Shown here piece by piece: positions 9,465 through 19,977 of a stretch of DNA of 37,692 bases. Source of the stretch: Salinivirgaceae bacterium (GTDB lineage: Bacteria > Bacteroidota > Bacteroidia > Bacteroidales > SZUA-534); assembly GCA_024405635.1 (NCBI GenBank), contig JAKSOL010000026.1, forward strand, positions 1-37,692, read 5' to 3'. The notes under the pieces are model-generated. The model saw nothing but the letters and a program-made list of their open reading frames with translations, did not search any database and was not told the DNA's origin. The position numbers and the translations under genes are program-made. How positions within the stretch are numbered: position 1 is the stretch's first letter; each line of letters opens with the position of its first letter.

Positions 9465-12400
9465 ATGAAGACTAAACTGTCGTTTTTGCTTGTACTTATG
9501 TTATTAGTACAAGTGTCGTGGGCACAAGCCCAAAACGTGAAGGGTAAAGTCGTTGATGCAAGCAACGAACCCATAGTTGGAGCTACTGTAGTGGTAAAAG
9601 GAACTACAAATGGTACAGCTACCGACATTGATGGAAACTTTACCGTAAATGCCGCAAGTGATGCAACCTTGGTTGTGTCGTTTATCGGTTATTTGACAGA
9701 AGAGGTAGCTGTTAACGGCCGCTCTTCTATTAATGTAACCTTGGCCGAAGATTTGAAACAATTGGGCGAGGTTGTGGTAATTGGTTATGGCGCACAACGT
9801 AAAGAGGCCGTTACAGGTTCAGTTGAGCACGTAAGTGATGATATTATTAAAGAAGTTGCTTCAGCCGACGTTTCTCGTTCATTGCAAGGTCGTATTGCTG
9901 GTGTTGTAATGAACCAAAGTTCATCAAAACCAGGTTCGGCAATGAACATTACCATACGTGGTACAAAATCATTCTCAGCCGACAATGCTCCATTGGTTGT
10001 TGTTGATGGTATTCCAACATCGTTGAGCCTTAGCGACATTAACCCAGGCGATATTAAAAGTATCGATATTTTGAAAGACGCTTCGTCGTGTGCTATTTAT
10101 GGTTCGCGCGGTGTAGGTGGTGTTATTGTTGTAACAACCAATAGCGGTAACTTTAACCAAAAAGCCATTGTAGCATATAATGGATATGTTGGTGCAAATA
10201 CAGTATTTGCTAAATATCCAATGATGAATGGTAAACAATTGGTTGAATTGCGCCAAATTGCTGGTAAGTATCAAAATGGTCCAGATGAAGATGACGAAAA
10301 CGATACCGATTGGCAAGATTTGTTGTATGCTCCAGGTTTGGTTACAAACCACGACTTGTCAGTACGCGGTGGTAGCGAAAAATCAAACTATACACTTAGC
10401 ACAGGTTACTATCGTGAAGAAGCTGTTCTTCCTTGCCAAAACTACTCTCGTTTGAATGCTCGTTTGGCTATTGACCAAAAAGTAGGCGATTGGTTGCGTT
10501 TTAGCTTGCAAAGCTTTAATGGTTATTCAGTAAAAGAAGGTATGGGACTTGGCCTTTATGGCGTTTTGTCAGCATCGCCTCTTGTTGATCCTAAAAACGA
10601 AGACGGAACAACTAAACGCGATTTCCAAACTGCAGCCGACCAAAGCTATACAATTACCCGCGACGTGGTTGAGGATTTGGTTGCAAATGACCAATGGTTA
10701 GACGAAAGCAAAAGTTTTCACTCAAATAATACAGGCGTTGTTGAGGTAAATATTCCAAAAATCGAAGGCTTGAAATACCGCATGAATATAGGTCTTGACT
10801 TCGCTGTAACTAATACCGGAGGCTATACTGCTCAAGGTGTATGGAATTATTCAAGAACTACTGCTGCTTCAGCTAGCACAAACTACTCAATTAACAACAA
10901 ATGGTCTGTTGAGAACTTGTTGACCTACGACCGTACATTTGGTAATCATAAAATTGGTGCATTGGCATTGTATTCAGCTGAAAAAACACACTACCACAAC
11001 ACCTATTCATCAACAACAGCTACAGCATCTGATCAATTCTTGTACTACAATCTAGGTTCAAGTAGTGAGCCAAAGACCGTAAGTGGTGGAATGAATGAAA
11101 CTGGTTTGTTGTCGTATATGGGACGTATTCTTTATTCGTATGACGACCGTTATATGTTGAACATTTCATATCGTGCTGATGGTTCTTCTCGTTTGGCCGA
11201 GGGCAACAAATGGCATGCTTATCCAGCTGTTTCTCTTGGTTGGAACATTCACAAAGAAGCATTTATGGCAAGCACCGAAAACTGGCTTAATAATTTGAAA
11301 TTCCGTTTGGGTTGGGGACAAACCTCAAACCAAGCTGTTAGCCCATATACTACATACGGATCATTGGCTACTGTGAAATACAACTTTGGCGATGCTTTGG
11401 TTCAAGGCTATTACCCAACAGAAACAAGCAACCCAAATCTTGGCTGGGAGTTTACAAAAGGTATAAACGTAGGTTTGGAATTCGGTTTGTTTAAAGATCG
11501 TTTGACTGGAAACTTTGAGTACTACAACTTGGATACCGAAGATAACCTTCAAGCAGTATCGTTGCCAACCACTTCTGGTTTTTCATCATACACAGCTAAC
11601 GTAGGTAAAATCAATAACAAAGGTTTTGAGTTGTCGTTGAATGGTGTTTTAGTTGAAGATTTCAATGGCTTGAAATGGGAAGCAGGTTTCAACATCTACT
11701 CTAACAAGAACGAAATTATTGCTCTAGCTTCTGGTAAAAAACAAGACGAAGGTAACTACTGGTTCGTTGGACACTCAATGAACGTGTTGTACGATTATGA
11801 ATATGTTGGCTTGTGGAGCCAAAAAGATGTTGATAGCGGTGTGCTTGCAATTCTTGATAACGCTGCTGAACCTGGAGATATTCGTGTAAAATACACAGGC
11901 GAATATGACGATAACGGAATGCCAGTTCGCAAAATTGGTTCAGCCGACCGTGTTATTACCGATATGGATCCAAAAGCTCAAGGTGGTTTCAATACTAAAT
12001 TGACTTACAAAGGATTTGATTTATCAGTAGTAGGTATTTACCAAGTAGGAGGTAAACTAGTTAGTACACTTCACTCATCGTTTGGTTACTTGAATATGTT
12101 GAACGGTCGTCGTGGTAATGTTGATGTTGACTACTGGACACCTGAAAACACAAATGCTCGCTATCCAAATCCTGCAGGTTTGAAATCTGGCGACAATCCA
12201 AAATATGGTTCTACTCTTGGTATATTTGATGCAGGCTATTGCAAAGTGCGCGACATTACTTTGGGCTATAGCTTCGATTCAATGGATGGCGTTAAAAAAC
12301 TTGGCATCAACAAACTTCGTTTGTATGCTACCGTTCAAAACCCATTCGTAATCAGCTCAAAATATCACAAAGAAACAGGTCTTGACCCAGAAACTAACTC

Positions 12401-12518
12401 ACGTGGTAACGAAAACGTGGCTACAGCTGCTAGCGGTTACTCAAACAGAACTTACACAATCGCTACAAACACACCACAAACTCGTAGATTCTTGGTAGGA
12501 CTTAACTTGACATTCTAA
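9465..12518 (+). CDS. susC: SusC/RagA TonB-dependent outer-membrane transporter
   Basis: Signal peptide from ATG 9465; N-terminal extension VKGKVVDASNEPIVGATV, plug ILKDASSCAIYGSRG, barrel motif YRADGSSR, terminal GLNLTF. Confidence 0.93.
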   Translation: MKTKLSFLLVLMLLVQVSWAQAQNVKGKVVDASNEPIVGATVVVKGTTNGTATDIDGNFTVNAASDATLVVSFIGYLTEEVAVNGRSSINVTLAEDLKQLGEVVVIGYGAQRKEAVTGSVEHVSDDIIKEVASADVSRSLQGRIAGVVMNQSSSKPGSAMNITIRGTKSFSADNAPLVVVDGIPTSLSLSDINPGDIKSIDILKDASSCAIYGSRGVGGVIVVTTNSGNFNQKAIVAYNGYVGANTVFAKYPMMNGKQLVELRQIAGKYQNGPDEDDENDTDWQDLLYAPGLVTNHDLSVRGGSEKSNYTLSTGYYREEAVLPCQNYSRLNARLAIDQKVGDWLRFSLQSFNGYSVKEGMGLGLYGVLSASPLVDPKNEDGTTKRDFQTAADQSYTITRDVVEDLVANDQWLDESKSFHSNNTGVVEVNIPKIEGLKYRMNIGLDFAVTNTGGYTAQGVWNYSRTTAASASTNYSINNKWSVENLLTYDRTFGNHKIGALALYSAEKTHYHNTYSSTTATASDQFLYYNLGSSSEPKTVSGGMNETGLLSYMGRILYSYDDRYMLNISYRADGSSRLAEGNKWHAYPAVSLGWNIHKEAFMASTENWLNNLKFRLGWGQTSNQAVSPYTTYGSLATVKYNFGDALVQGYYPTETSNPNLGWEFTKGINVGLEFGLFKDRLTGNFEYYNLDTEDNLQAVSLPTTSGFSSYTANVGKINNKGFELSLNGVLVEDFNGLKWEAGFNIYSNKNEIIALASGKKQDEGNYWFVGHSMNVLYDYEYVGLWSQKDVDSGVLAILDNAAEPGDIRVKYTGEYDDNGMPVRKIGSADRVITDMDPKAQGGFNTKLTYKGFDLSVVGIYQVGGKLVSTLHSSFGYLNMLNGRRGNVDVDYWTPENTNARYPNPAGLKSGDNPKYGSTLGIFDAGYCKVRDITLGYSFDSMDGVKKLGINKLRLYATVQNPFVISSKYHKETGLDPETNSRGNENVATAASGYSNRTYTIATNTPQTRRFLVGLNLTF

Positions 12519-12532
12519 AAAATTTGAACAAT

Positions 12533-14524
12533 ATGAAAAAGTTTAATATAAAAGCATTAGTTGCAATTGCTGCATTAGCAGGATTATCAACAAGTTGCTC
12601 CGATATTTTGGACGAAACTCCACGTTCAAAGTTCACATTGGCTTATTTTCAAACAGCACAAGGTGTTGAGGGCGGTTTAACTTCGCTTTATGCAACCTTG
12701 CGCAACCTATACGGTGAGCCATACGTTTACAACGATTGGCAATGCGGTACCGACGAGTACACATTTGGTCAAAGTGCCGACGGTAATATGACCGATATTG
12801 ACTTTACAATTGAGGACGAATCAACCGGTAAATTGTTTGGTAGTACTCTTACAGGTGCAAATACAACAGGTGGTATTCTTTGGGGCCGTTCGTTCCCAGC
12901 TATCAATACCGCAAGTGGTGTAATTGAGTATGCTGAACCAGCTGGCGTGTCTCCAGCTTTGGTTTCTGAGGCTCGTTTCTTCCGTGCTTTCTACTATTTT
13001 AACCTTGTTCAAGAATTTGGTGGTGTGCCATTGGATTTGGGTTCGGGTGTTATGAAATTCAATTCCGATCCAAAACGTACTTCAGTTCGTAACACTGTTC
13101 CTGAGGTTTATACCATTGGTATTTTCCCTGACCTTGTAAAAGCTGTTGACGAGTTGCCAGACGATCCACGTGTAGTTGGTGGTGTTACTAAAACAATGGC
13201 TCGCCTTACTTTGGCAAAAGCATATTTGACCTATGGTTGGTGGTTGGAAAATCCAAACAACATTCCAACTTACCCAGTTTGCGACCGTGTTGACCCTGAT
13301 GGTCACGATGCTGCTTGGTATTTCCAAAAAGCATACGATTTGGCTATTGAGGCTATTGAAAATCCTGGTCCTTTTGGTTTGCAAGAGTCGTTCTATAAAG
13401 TTAATGTTGAGGAAAATAGCCGCAACAACGAGTGGCTTTTGTTTAGCGACCGTACAAAAGACAATGAGGAATACAACGGTACTAACTACAACTATGCTGG
13501 CGATATTAATGCTGCACAAAACTACGCTTGGTGGTTCACCAACTTTAACTACACCGAGGTTAAGTCTGGAAAGAGTCTAGATGGTGGAAATTGGAAAGGT
13601 TCTGTTAGTTCTGTTCAACGTTCGGCTGACCAATACTATGGTCGTCCTTGGACTCGTATTGCTCCTCCTCACGAGGTATTCAACAATATTTTTGCTGAAA
13701 AAGTAAAAGACTCTCGTTACGACGGAACATTCAATACAGTTTACCGCGCAAACTGGAAACTAAACGATGCAGATGCTAAAGTTGATTCTGTATTTAATGC
13801 TAACAAAATGGTTGTTCGCAACGGTGAGCCTATATTTAAGTTCTTGTCAGAAAATAATGATGCAATTGACTATACCAATAACAAAATTAACAACATTGGT
13901 ATGGGCGAAATCCCAGGAGAGGCTGCTTGGGTTGTTGATATTCAAGGTATTAACCGTCGCGCTTATCCAGCAAACTGGAAATTAGGTGCTTCAAGCCCTG
14001 ACAAAACCGATAGCAACCTTGGTACTCCAAACGCAGCATTGGCTCGTCCATACTGCATCGCCAAATTCAGCGAACTATATTTGATTGCTGCTGAGGCTGC
14101 TGTTAAAGGTGCAACTGGTTCACAATCGGCTCGCGACCTTATCAACGTGCTTCGTGCTCGTGCTGGTAAATGGACTTATAGCAATGCCGACCGTGCTGAA
14201 AAAATTGCTGACTATAGTGCTGATATGGTTGCTGCAACCCCTGCAACTATCGATATTAACTATGTTCTTGACGAACGTTCGCGTGAATTGTTTGGTGAGG
14301 GTTACCGTCGTTTCGACCTTATTCGTACTCAAACTTGGATTGAACGTGCTGGCGAATACACAATTTGCGGTGTTCTATCGTGCCAATACGATGACCATAC
14401 TCCAAGAGTTTGGAAACGCGATATAAAAGATTATATGTACTTGCGCCCAATTCCTCAAAGCCAATTCGATAATATGGATTGCACTGAAGAAGAAAAAGCT
14501 GCATATCAAAACCCAGGTTATTAA
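12533..14524 (+). CDS. susD: SusD/RagB surface glycan-binding lipoprotein
   Basis: Lipobox LSTSC, EARFFRAFYYFNLV, ELYLIAAEA, DERSRELFGEGYRRFDLIR, terminal QNPGY; follows susC. Confidence 0.93.
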   Translation: MKKFNIKALVAIAALAGLSTSCSDILDETPRSKFTLAYFQTAQGVEGGLTSLYATLRNLYGEPYVYNDWQCGTDEYTFGQSADGNMTDIDFTIEDESTGKLFGSTLTGANTTGGILWGRSFPAINTASGVIEYAEPAGVSPALVSEARFFRAFYYFNLVQEFGGVPLDLGSGVMKFNSDPKRTSVRNTVPEVYTIGIFPDLVKAVDELPDDPRVVGGVTKTMARLTLAKAYLTYGWWLENPNNIPTYPVCDRVDPDGHDAAWYFQKAYDLAIEAIENPGPFGLQESFYKVNVEENSRNNEWLLFSDRTKDNEEYNGTNYNYAGDINAAQNYAWWFTNFNYTEVKSGKSLDGGNWKGSVSSVQRSADQYYGRPWTRIAPPHEVFNNIFAEKVKDSRYDGTFNTVYRANWKLNDADAKVDSVFNANKMVVRNGEPIFKFLSENNDAIDYTNNKINNIGMGEIPGEAAWVVDIQGINRRAYPANWKLGASSPDKTDSNLGTPNAALARPYCIAKFSELYLIAAEAAVKGATGSQSARDLINVLRARAGKWTYSNADRAEKIADYSADMVAATPATIDINYVLDERSRELFGEGYRRFDLIRTQTWIERAGEYTICGVLSCQYDDHTPRVWKRDIKDYMYLRPIPQSQFDNMDCTEEEKAAYQNPGY

Positions 14525-14548
14525 TTGTTTAGTAGAAGTATAGTTTTT

Positions 14549-14582
14549 AAGAGGCGTTCCGAAAGGGCGTCTCTTTTTTTTT
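14549..14582 (+). terminator. Intrinsic terminator after susD
   Basis: AAGAGGCGTTC-CGAAAG-GGCGTCTCTT hairpin plus long T-tract. Confidence 0.85.
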
Positions 14583-14706
14583 ATAACCAATCATTAGATG
14601 AAAAAGCCTATAAAAAACAATCATTATTGAGTAGTGATTTGTAATAAACTGATACTCAATTGTTTTGCAATTTGTTTAATTCCTTATTCATAAAGAATAA
14701 AAGTGC

Positions 14707-14722
14707 TGGCACAAAATTTGCT
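14707..14722 (+). promoter_or_regulatory. Sigma-54 (RpoN) -24/-12 promoter of the decarboxylase operon
   Basis: TGGCACAAAATTTGCT matches TGGCAC-N5-TTGCW with exact GG/GC spacing, 27 nt before the ATG at 14750. Confidence 0.7.
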
Positions 14723-14749
14723 ATATCAGTTGCAAACTAATTTTTAGAT

Positions 14750-16309
14750 ATGGCAAACAAAGATAAAATCGAACTCCTGATTAATAATCGTGTACAAGCA
14801 CGTAAAGGAGGAGGCGAACAGCGAATAGAAAAGCAACACGAAAAGGGAAAACTTACAGCCCGTGAACGTATTGCTATTTTGCTCGACGAGGGCAGTTTTG
14901 AAGAGTTTGATATGTTTGTAACCCACCGTTGCACCAACTTTGGGATGGAAAAAAGCCATTTCATGGGCGATGGCGTTGTGTGTGGTCATGGTACAATTGA
15001 TGGCCGCGTGGTTTATGTTTATGCACAAGACTTTACCGTTTATGGCGGTTCAATTTCCGAAACCATGTCGGCAAAAATGTGCAAAGTGATGGATATGGCC
15101 ATGAAAGTTGGCGCTCCAGTTATCGGCATCAACGATTCGGGTGGTGCTCGTATTCAAGAGGGTGTTTCAGCCTTAGCTGGTTTCTCAAACATCTTCCAAC
15201 GCAATATCTTGGCATCAGGTGTAGTGCCTCAAATTTCTGCAATTTTTGGTCCATGCGCAGGTGGTGCGGTTTACTCGCCAGCACTAACCGACTTTGTTTT
15301 CATGAGCAAAGACTCTAGCTATATGTTCCTAACCGGACCAAAAGTTGTAAAAACCGTTACCGGCGAAGTGGTTACCGATGCTCAATTAGGTGGCGCTCAA
15401 GTGCATAGCTCAAAATCGGGCGTAGCTCACTTTGTTGCAGAAAGCGAAGAAGAAGGCTTGATGAAAATTCGTCGCTTGTTGTCATTCCTTCCTCAAAACA
15501 ACTTGGAGGAAGCTCCTCTAATGGAGTGCAATGACCCAATCAATCGTCTTGAGGACTCGTTGAACGAAATAATTCCTGAAAACCCAAACAAACCTTACGA
15601 TATGAAACAAGTTATCAATGCAATAGTTGATAACGGCGACTTCCTTGAGGTTCATCAAGATTTTGCAAAAAACATTATCGTTGGTTTTGCTCGTTTCAAC
15701 GGCGCATCAGTGGGTATTGTGGCAAACCAACCAATGTGTATGGCTGGTGTGCTCGATAGCAATGCAGCTCGTAAAGCAGCACGTTTTATCCGTTTCTGCG
15801 ATGCATTTAACATTCCTATTGTAACACTTGAAGATGTGCCAGGTTTCCTACCAGGAACAGGACAAGAATACAACGGTATTATTTCGCATGGAGCAAAAAT
15901 GCTTTATGCATACGGCGAAGCAACTGTACCAAAAGTTACTGTTATTTTGCGCAAAGCCTACGGTGGCGCTTATTGCGTAATGAGTCCAAAAGCATTGCGC
16001 GGCGACATTAACTACGCTTGGCCAACTGCTGAAATTGCAGTTATGGGTGCAGCAGGTGCTGTTGAAATTCTTGAAGGCAAAAGCATTAGCAAAATTGAAG
16101 ACCCAGAAGAAAAGGCTGCATTTATTGCTAAAGCTGAGGCTGAATACACCGAGAAATTTGCTAACCCATACCGCGCTGCCGAATTGGGTTACCTTGACGA
16201 TATTATTGAACCACGAAACACACGTTTCCGTGTTATTAGAGCGCTACAAGTGCTTGCTACCAAAAAAGACTGTATGCCTGCTAAAAAACACTCAAACATT
16301 CCGCTATGA
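14750..16309 (+). CDS. mmdA: Acyl-CoA carboxyltransferase subunit (methylmalonyl-CoA decarboxylase alpha)
   Basis: [39 protein letters not shown], terminal KKHSNIPL; operon with biotin carrier and Na+ pump beta subunit. Confidence 0.9.
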   Translation: MANKDKIELLINNRVQARKGGGEQRIEKQHEKGKLTARERIAILLDEGSFEEFDMFVTHRCTNFGMEKSHFMGDGVVCGHGTIDGRVVYVYAQDFTVYGGSISETMSAKMCKVMDMAMKVGAPVIGINDSGGARIQEGVSALAGFSNIFQRNILASGVVPQISAIFGPCAGGAVYSPALTDFVFMSKDSSYMFLTGPKVVKTVTGEVVTDAQLGGAQVHSSKSGVAHFVAESEEEGLMKIRRLLSFLPQNNLEEAPLMECNDPINRLEDSLNEIIPENPNKPYDMKQVINAIVDNGDFLEVHQDFAKNIIVGFARFNGASVGIVANQPMCMAGVLDSNAARKAARFIRFCDAFNIPIVTLEDVPGFLPGTGQEYNGIISHGAKMLYAYGEATVPKVTVILRKAYGGAYCVMSPKALRGDINYAWPTAEIAVMGAAGAVEILEGKSISKIEDPEEKAAFIAKAEAEYTEKFANPYRAAELGYLDDIIEPRNTRFRVIRALQVLATKKDCMPAKKHSNIPL

Positions 16310-17175
16310 GAAAAATTGCAATTATCGCAAGCTTGCTAGTATCGGTGTTTGTAGCATCGGCCCAAAATGCAAGCGACTTGCGCATCAACGAAATTGTTGT
16401 TGACAATCAAAACGGCATAGTTGACGGTTATGGCGACCATACTGGCTGGATTGAGATTTTCAACTCATCGTATAGTTACATTAATATTGGCGGTTTGTTT
16501 ATCAGCTATAACGATAACGACCCCAAAGACCAGTTTATGATTGCCAAAGGTCTTGGCAAATCGCGTTTGGCACCTCGCGAGTACATTGTTTTTTATGCCG
16601 GAAACGGTTCAAAACAAGGTTTCCAATGCATGAACTTTGAACTTAAAGGTGGACAAACAATCAAACTATTCGATAGCAACGGCCGTACTCTTATCGACAG
16701 CGTTGTGTTGCCTGACTCGGTTGCTGCCGATATGGCTTATGCGCGTAAAACCGACGGGGCTGCAGAATTGGTTGTAAAAGCTGCAACTCCGGGAGTGAGC
16801 AACAACATGGTAAAAGGCGCAAAGGTTGATGAGTTTAAAATGCTTGACCCTTATGGTCTTGGTATGATGTGTATCGCTATTTCGGTTGTGTTCTCGGCAT
16901 TGGCAGTGTTGTTCGTATGCTTTAAAATTATGGGCAAGATTGCAACTCGCAAAAAACGTGCTGCTAAGAAATTTGTGGCTCGCAATGCAGAAACCGGACG
17001 TTCTGCTAACTACGAGGTAAATGCTGCTATTACTCTTACACTGTTCCTTTATTCGGCACAGCAACACGACGAGGAAAACACCGTGCTTACTATGCACCGT
17101 GTGAGCCGCAACTATTCGCCTTGGAGTTCTAAAATTTATAGTTTGCGCAAACGCCCTGATGGTAAATCATTTTAA
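16306..17175 (+). CDS. OadG/MmdD-like membrane subunit with N-terminal extracytoplasmic lamin-tail-like domain
   Basis: Signal peptide, LRINEI...WIEIFN (lamin-tail-domain pattern), one TM ([21 protein letters not shown]), C-terminal YSPWSSKIY; ATGA overlap with mmdA. Confidence 0.75.
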   Translation: MRKIAIIASLLVSVFVASAQNASDLRINEIVVDNQNGIVDGYGDHTGWIEIFNSSYSYINIGGLFISYNDNDPKDQFMIAKGLGKSRLAPREYIVFYAGNGSKQGFQCMNFELKGGQTIKLFDSNGRTLIDSVVLPDSVAADMAYARKTDGAAELVVKAATPGVSNNMVKGAKVDEFKMLDPYGLGMMCIAISVVFSALAVLFVCFKIMGKIATRKKRAAKKFVARNAETGRSANYEVNAAITLTLFLYSAQQHDEENTVLTMHRVSRNYSPWSSKIYSLRKRPDGKSF

Positions 17176-17195
17176 CCCAAAACAAATTACTCACT

Positions 17196-17645
17196 ATGAA
17201 TACATTCAATTTTAAAATTAACGGAACACAGTACGATACCGAAGTGCTGGAAATAAACGGAAAAGACGCACAAATTAAAGTTAATGGCGTTGTGTACAAT
17301 GTGGAGATAGACGATACCAAGTTTAAATCGCCTGTAGTTTCAAAGCCAGTGGCTCGTCCTGTTGCAGCACAGCCAGTTGCTTCAGCAGCTCCTGTTGCAT
17401 CTGCTCCACAACAATCGCGTGGCGTTGCTGGTCCCGGAAATGTTCAATCGCCACTTCCTGGCACAGTGCTCGATCTTAAGGTTAAAGAGGGTGATGCTGT
17501 TCAAGCAGGCCAATGCCTTATGATTCTTGAGGCTATGAAAATGGAAAACAACATTGAGGCTCCTTGCGCTGGTACTGTTACCAAAATCAACAAGCAAAAG
17601 GGCGACTCAGTAATGGAAGGCGATACTTTAATTGTAATAGGCTAA
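17196..17645 (+). CDS. mmdC: Biotin carboxyl carrier subunit (methylmalonyl-CoA decarboxylase gamma)
   Basis: Pro/Ala linker followed by biotinyl domain with EAMKM. Confidence 0.9.
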   Translation: MNTFNFKINGTQYDTEVLEINGKDAQIKVNGVVYNVEIDDTKFKSPVVSKPVARPVAAQPVASAAPVASAPQQSRGVAGPGNVQSPLPGTVLDLKVKEGDAVQAGQCLMILEAMKMENNIEAPCAGTVTKINKQKGDSVMEGDTLIVIG

Positions 17646-17649
17646 CAAT

Positions 17650-18807
17650 ATGGAAAACAGTTTTCTGAACTTTGTAATAGAGCACCTATTCCAGTTCTTA
17701 TCATACACGGCCTTTGCCAATATGACATTTGGCCACTTGATAATGATTCTGGTAGGTTTGGTGTTTATCTATTTGGCTGTGGCCAAAGAGTTTGAGCCTA
17801 TGCTTTTGCTCCCAATCGGTTTTGGTATGATTGTGGGTAATATTGCTTTTGCTCCTGGATTAAAGATTGGTATTTATGAGGACGGTAGCGTACTTAACTA
17901 TCTGTATTTTGGTGTAGCTCAGGGTGTTTATCCTCCTCTTATCTTTCTTGGAATTGGAGCAATGACCGATTTTTCGTCACTTATTTCAAACCCAAAACTA
18001 ATTTTGATTGGTGCAGCTGCACAGGTTGGCATTTTTGCCGCTTACGCAATTGCTCTTGCTCTTGGTTTTTCAAGTGCTGAGGCTGGTGCAATTGGTATTA
18101 TTGGTGGTGCCGACGGCCCAACTGCTATCTTCTTGTCGTCAAAACTAGCACCCGATTTGATGGGAGCTATTGCGGTTTCGGCATACTCGTATATGGCTTT
18201 GGTTCCAGTTATTCAACCTCCAATTATGCGTTTGCTAACCAACAGCAAAGAGCGTACAATTAAAATGAAACCTCCTCGTGAAGTTTCAAAAACTGAGCGT
18301 GTTATCTTCCCAATCATTGGTATTTTGCTAACCTGCTTAATTGTACCTTCTGGTTTGCCATTGCTTGGTATGTTGTTCTTTGGTAACTTGCTTAAAGAGA
18401 GCATGGTAACAAAACGTTTGGCCGATGCTGCTCGTGGCCCAATTGTCGACACTGTTACCATTTTGATTGGTTTAACTGTAGGTGCATCAACACAAGCAAC
18501 TACATTCCTTACTCCAAAATCGCTAGGAATTTTTGCTTTAGGTGCTTTCTCGTTTGTAATTGCTACATTCTGTGGCGTTATCTTCGTTAAGTTCTTAAAC
18601 TTGTTCCTTAAAGAGGGTAATAAAATCAATCCTCTTATTGGTAACGCAGGTGTATCAGCGGTTCCTGATAGCGCACGTGTGTCGCAGGTTGTAGGTCAAG
18701 AGTACGACAAATCAAACCACTTGCTTATGCATGCAATGGGAGCAAATGTTGCTGGTGTTATTGGTAGCGCTGTTGCTGCCGGTGTACTTTTGAGCTTCTT
18801 GGGATAA
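17650..18807 (+). CDS. mmdB: Na+-translocating decarboxylase beta subunit (OadB/MmdB)
   Basis: Polytopic membrane protein with EPMLLLPIGFG, IGIIGGADGPTAI, AYSYMALVPVIQPP, MGANVAGVIGS. Confidence 0.93.
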   Translation: MENSFLNFVIEHLFQFLSYTAFANMTFGHLIMILVGLVFIYLAVAKEFEPMLLLPIGFGMIVGNIAFAPGLKIGIYEDGSVLNYLYFGVAQGVYPPLIFLGIGAMTDFSSLISNPKLILIGAAAQVGIFAAYAIALALGFSSAEAGAIGIIGGADGPTAIFLSSKLAPDLMGAIAVSAYSYMALVPVIQPPIMRLLTNSKERTIKMKPPREVSKTERVIFPIIGILLTCLIVPSGLPLLGMLFFGNLLKESMVTKRLADAARGPIVDTVTILIGLTVGASTQATTFLTPKSLGIFALGAFSFVIATFCGVIFVKFLNLFLKEGNKINPLIGNAGVSAVPDSARVSQVVGQEYDKSNHLLMHAMGANVAGVIGSAVAAGVLLSFLG

Positions 18808-18814
18808 AATTATT

Positions 18815-19825
18815 ATGGCCGAGAAAATTCTCTTTATCGTAAATCCTATTTCAGGTACAGGCAAACAACGCCATTTGTACCGAATGCTGGAGAATAATCT
18901 CGACTATCAGAAATATGAACCAGAAATTGTATTTACCAGCTGTGCAGGTCATGCCACTGAATTGAGCAAGGCCGCAGTTGGTAAATATAAATTTGTGGTT
19001 GCTGTTGGTGGCGACGGCACAGTTAACGAGGTTGCTCAAGGCCTTGTAAACACAAATACTATTATGGGCATTATTCCCGTTGGTTCTGGAAACGGGTTAG
19101 CTCGCCACCTTAATCTGCCCATGATTATGGCAAGTGCCATAAAAGTCCTAAATCGACAATTGGTTGTTAAAATGGACACTATGTTGCTCAATAACAAATT
19201 GTCGGTTAACGTGTCGGGCGTTGGTTTTGATGCTATTGTTGCTCACAAGTTTGCTACAAACGGTAAACGTGGCCCAATTTCTTATGTAAAAATCGCAATG
19301 AGCGAGTATCAAAACTACAATGGCAGTAAATACAATTTGAATATTGATGGACTCGAAGTGTATGCAAATGCCTTTATGGTAGGTTTTGCAAACTCATCGC
19401 AGTTTGGCAACAATGCTTATATCGCTCCCCAGGCTAGTGTTACCGATGGATTGATTGACGTTTGCATTATGCAGCCATTTACAATTCTTGAGGTTCCAAC
19501 CTTGTCGCTCAAATTGTTCAACAAAACAATCGACACGGCTCATAGCATGAAAACCATTAAGGCAAAGTCGGTTACTTTAACTTCAACTGAGCCAATTGTT
19601 GGCCATATTGATGGCGAGCCCGAAATGTTTGGCAACACTTTGAGTGTTAGCATCATGCCATCGTCGCTCAATATGATATACAATAACAAAGTTCAACGTG
19701 CTCAAAGCGACATCGAAAAAGAGGTTGAACGTATTTTTACTCAGCCATTTACCGTTGTGAAAGAGCTAATTCAAAACGCTCACGAAAACATCACAACTAC
19801 CATTTTTGGTCCTAAAAAGAAATAA
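18815..19825 (+). CDS. Diacylglycerol kinase family (YegS/DagK-like) lipid kinase
   Basis: IVNPISG, VAVGGDGTVNEV, PVGSGNGLAR, HIDGE motifs. Confidence 0.88.
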   Translation: MAEKILFIVNPISGTGKQRHLYRMLENNLDYQKYEPEIVFTSCAGHATELSKAAVGKYKFVVAVGGDGTVNEVAQGLVNTNTIMGIIPVGSGNGLARHLNLPMIMASAIKVLNRQLVVKMDTMLLNNKLSVNVSGVGFDAIVAHKFATNGKRGPISYVKIAMSEYQNYNGSKYNLNIDGLEVYANAFMVGFANSSQFGNNAYIAPQASVTDGLIDVCIMQPFTILEVPTLSLKLFNKTIDTAHSMKTIKAKSVTLTSTEPIVGHIDGEPEMFGNTLSVSIMPSSLNMIYNNKVQRAQSDIEKEVERIFTQPFTVVKELIQNAHENITTTIFGPKKK

Positions 19826-19977
19826 CTTTTAGTTTGTGTGCTAGATGGTTAATAATGTGCAAGCAACACTTGTTTTGTGCATAACCTTATTCTAAATTCT
19901 TCTATAATTTCTGCTATAACTATTTACGAATATTATAGCTATCAGTATATTAGCAACCAAACTAAAATAATTTTCGT

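Noticed and set aside
17340-17410. Repeated CCTGTTGC/CCAGTTGC units
   Set aside because: They encode the ordinary Pro-Val-Ala linker of biotin carrier proteins.
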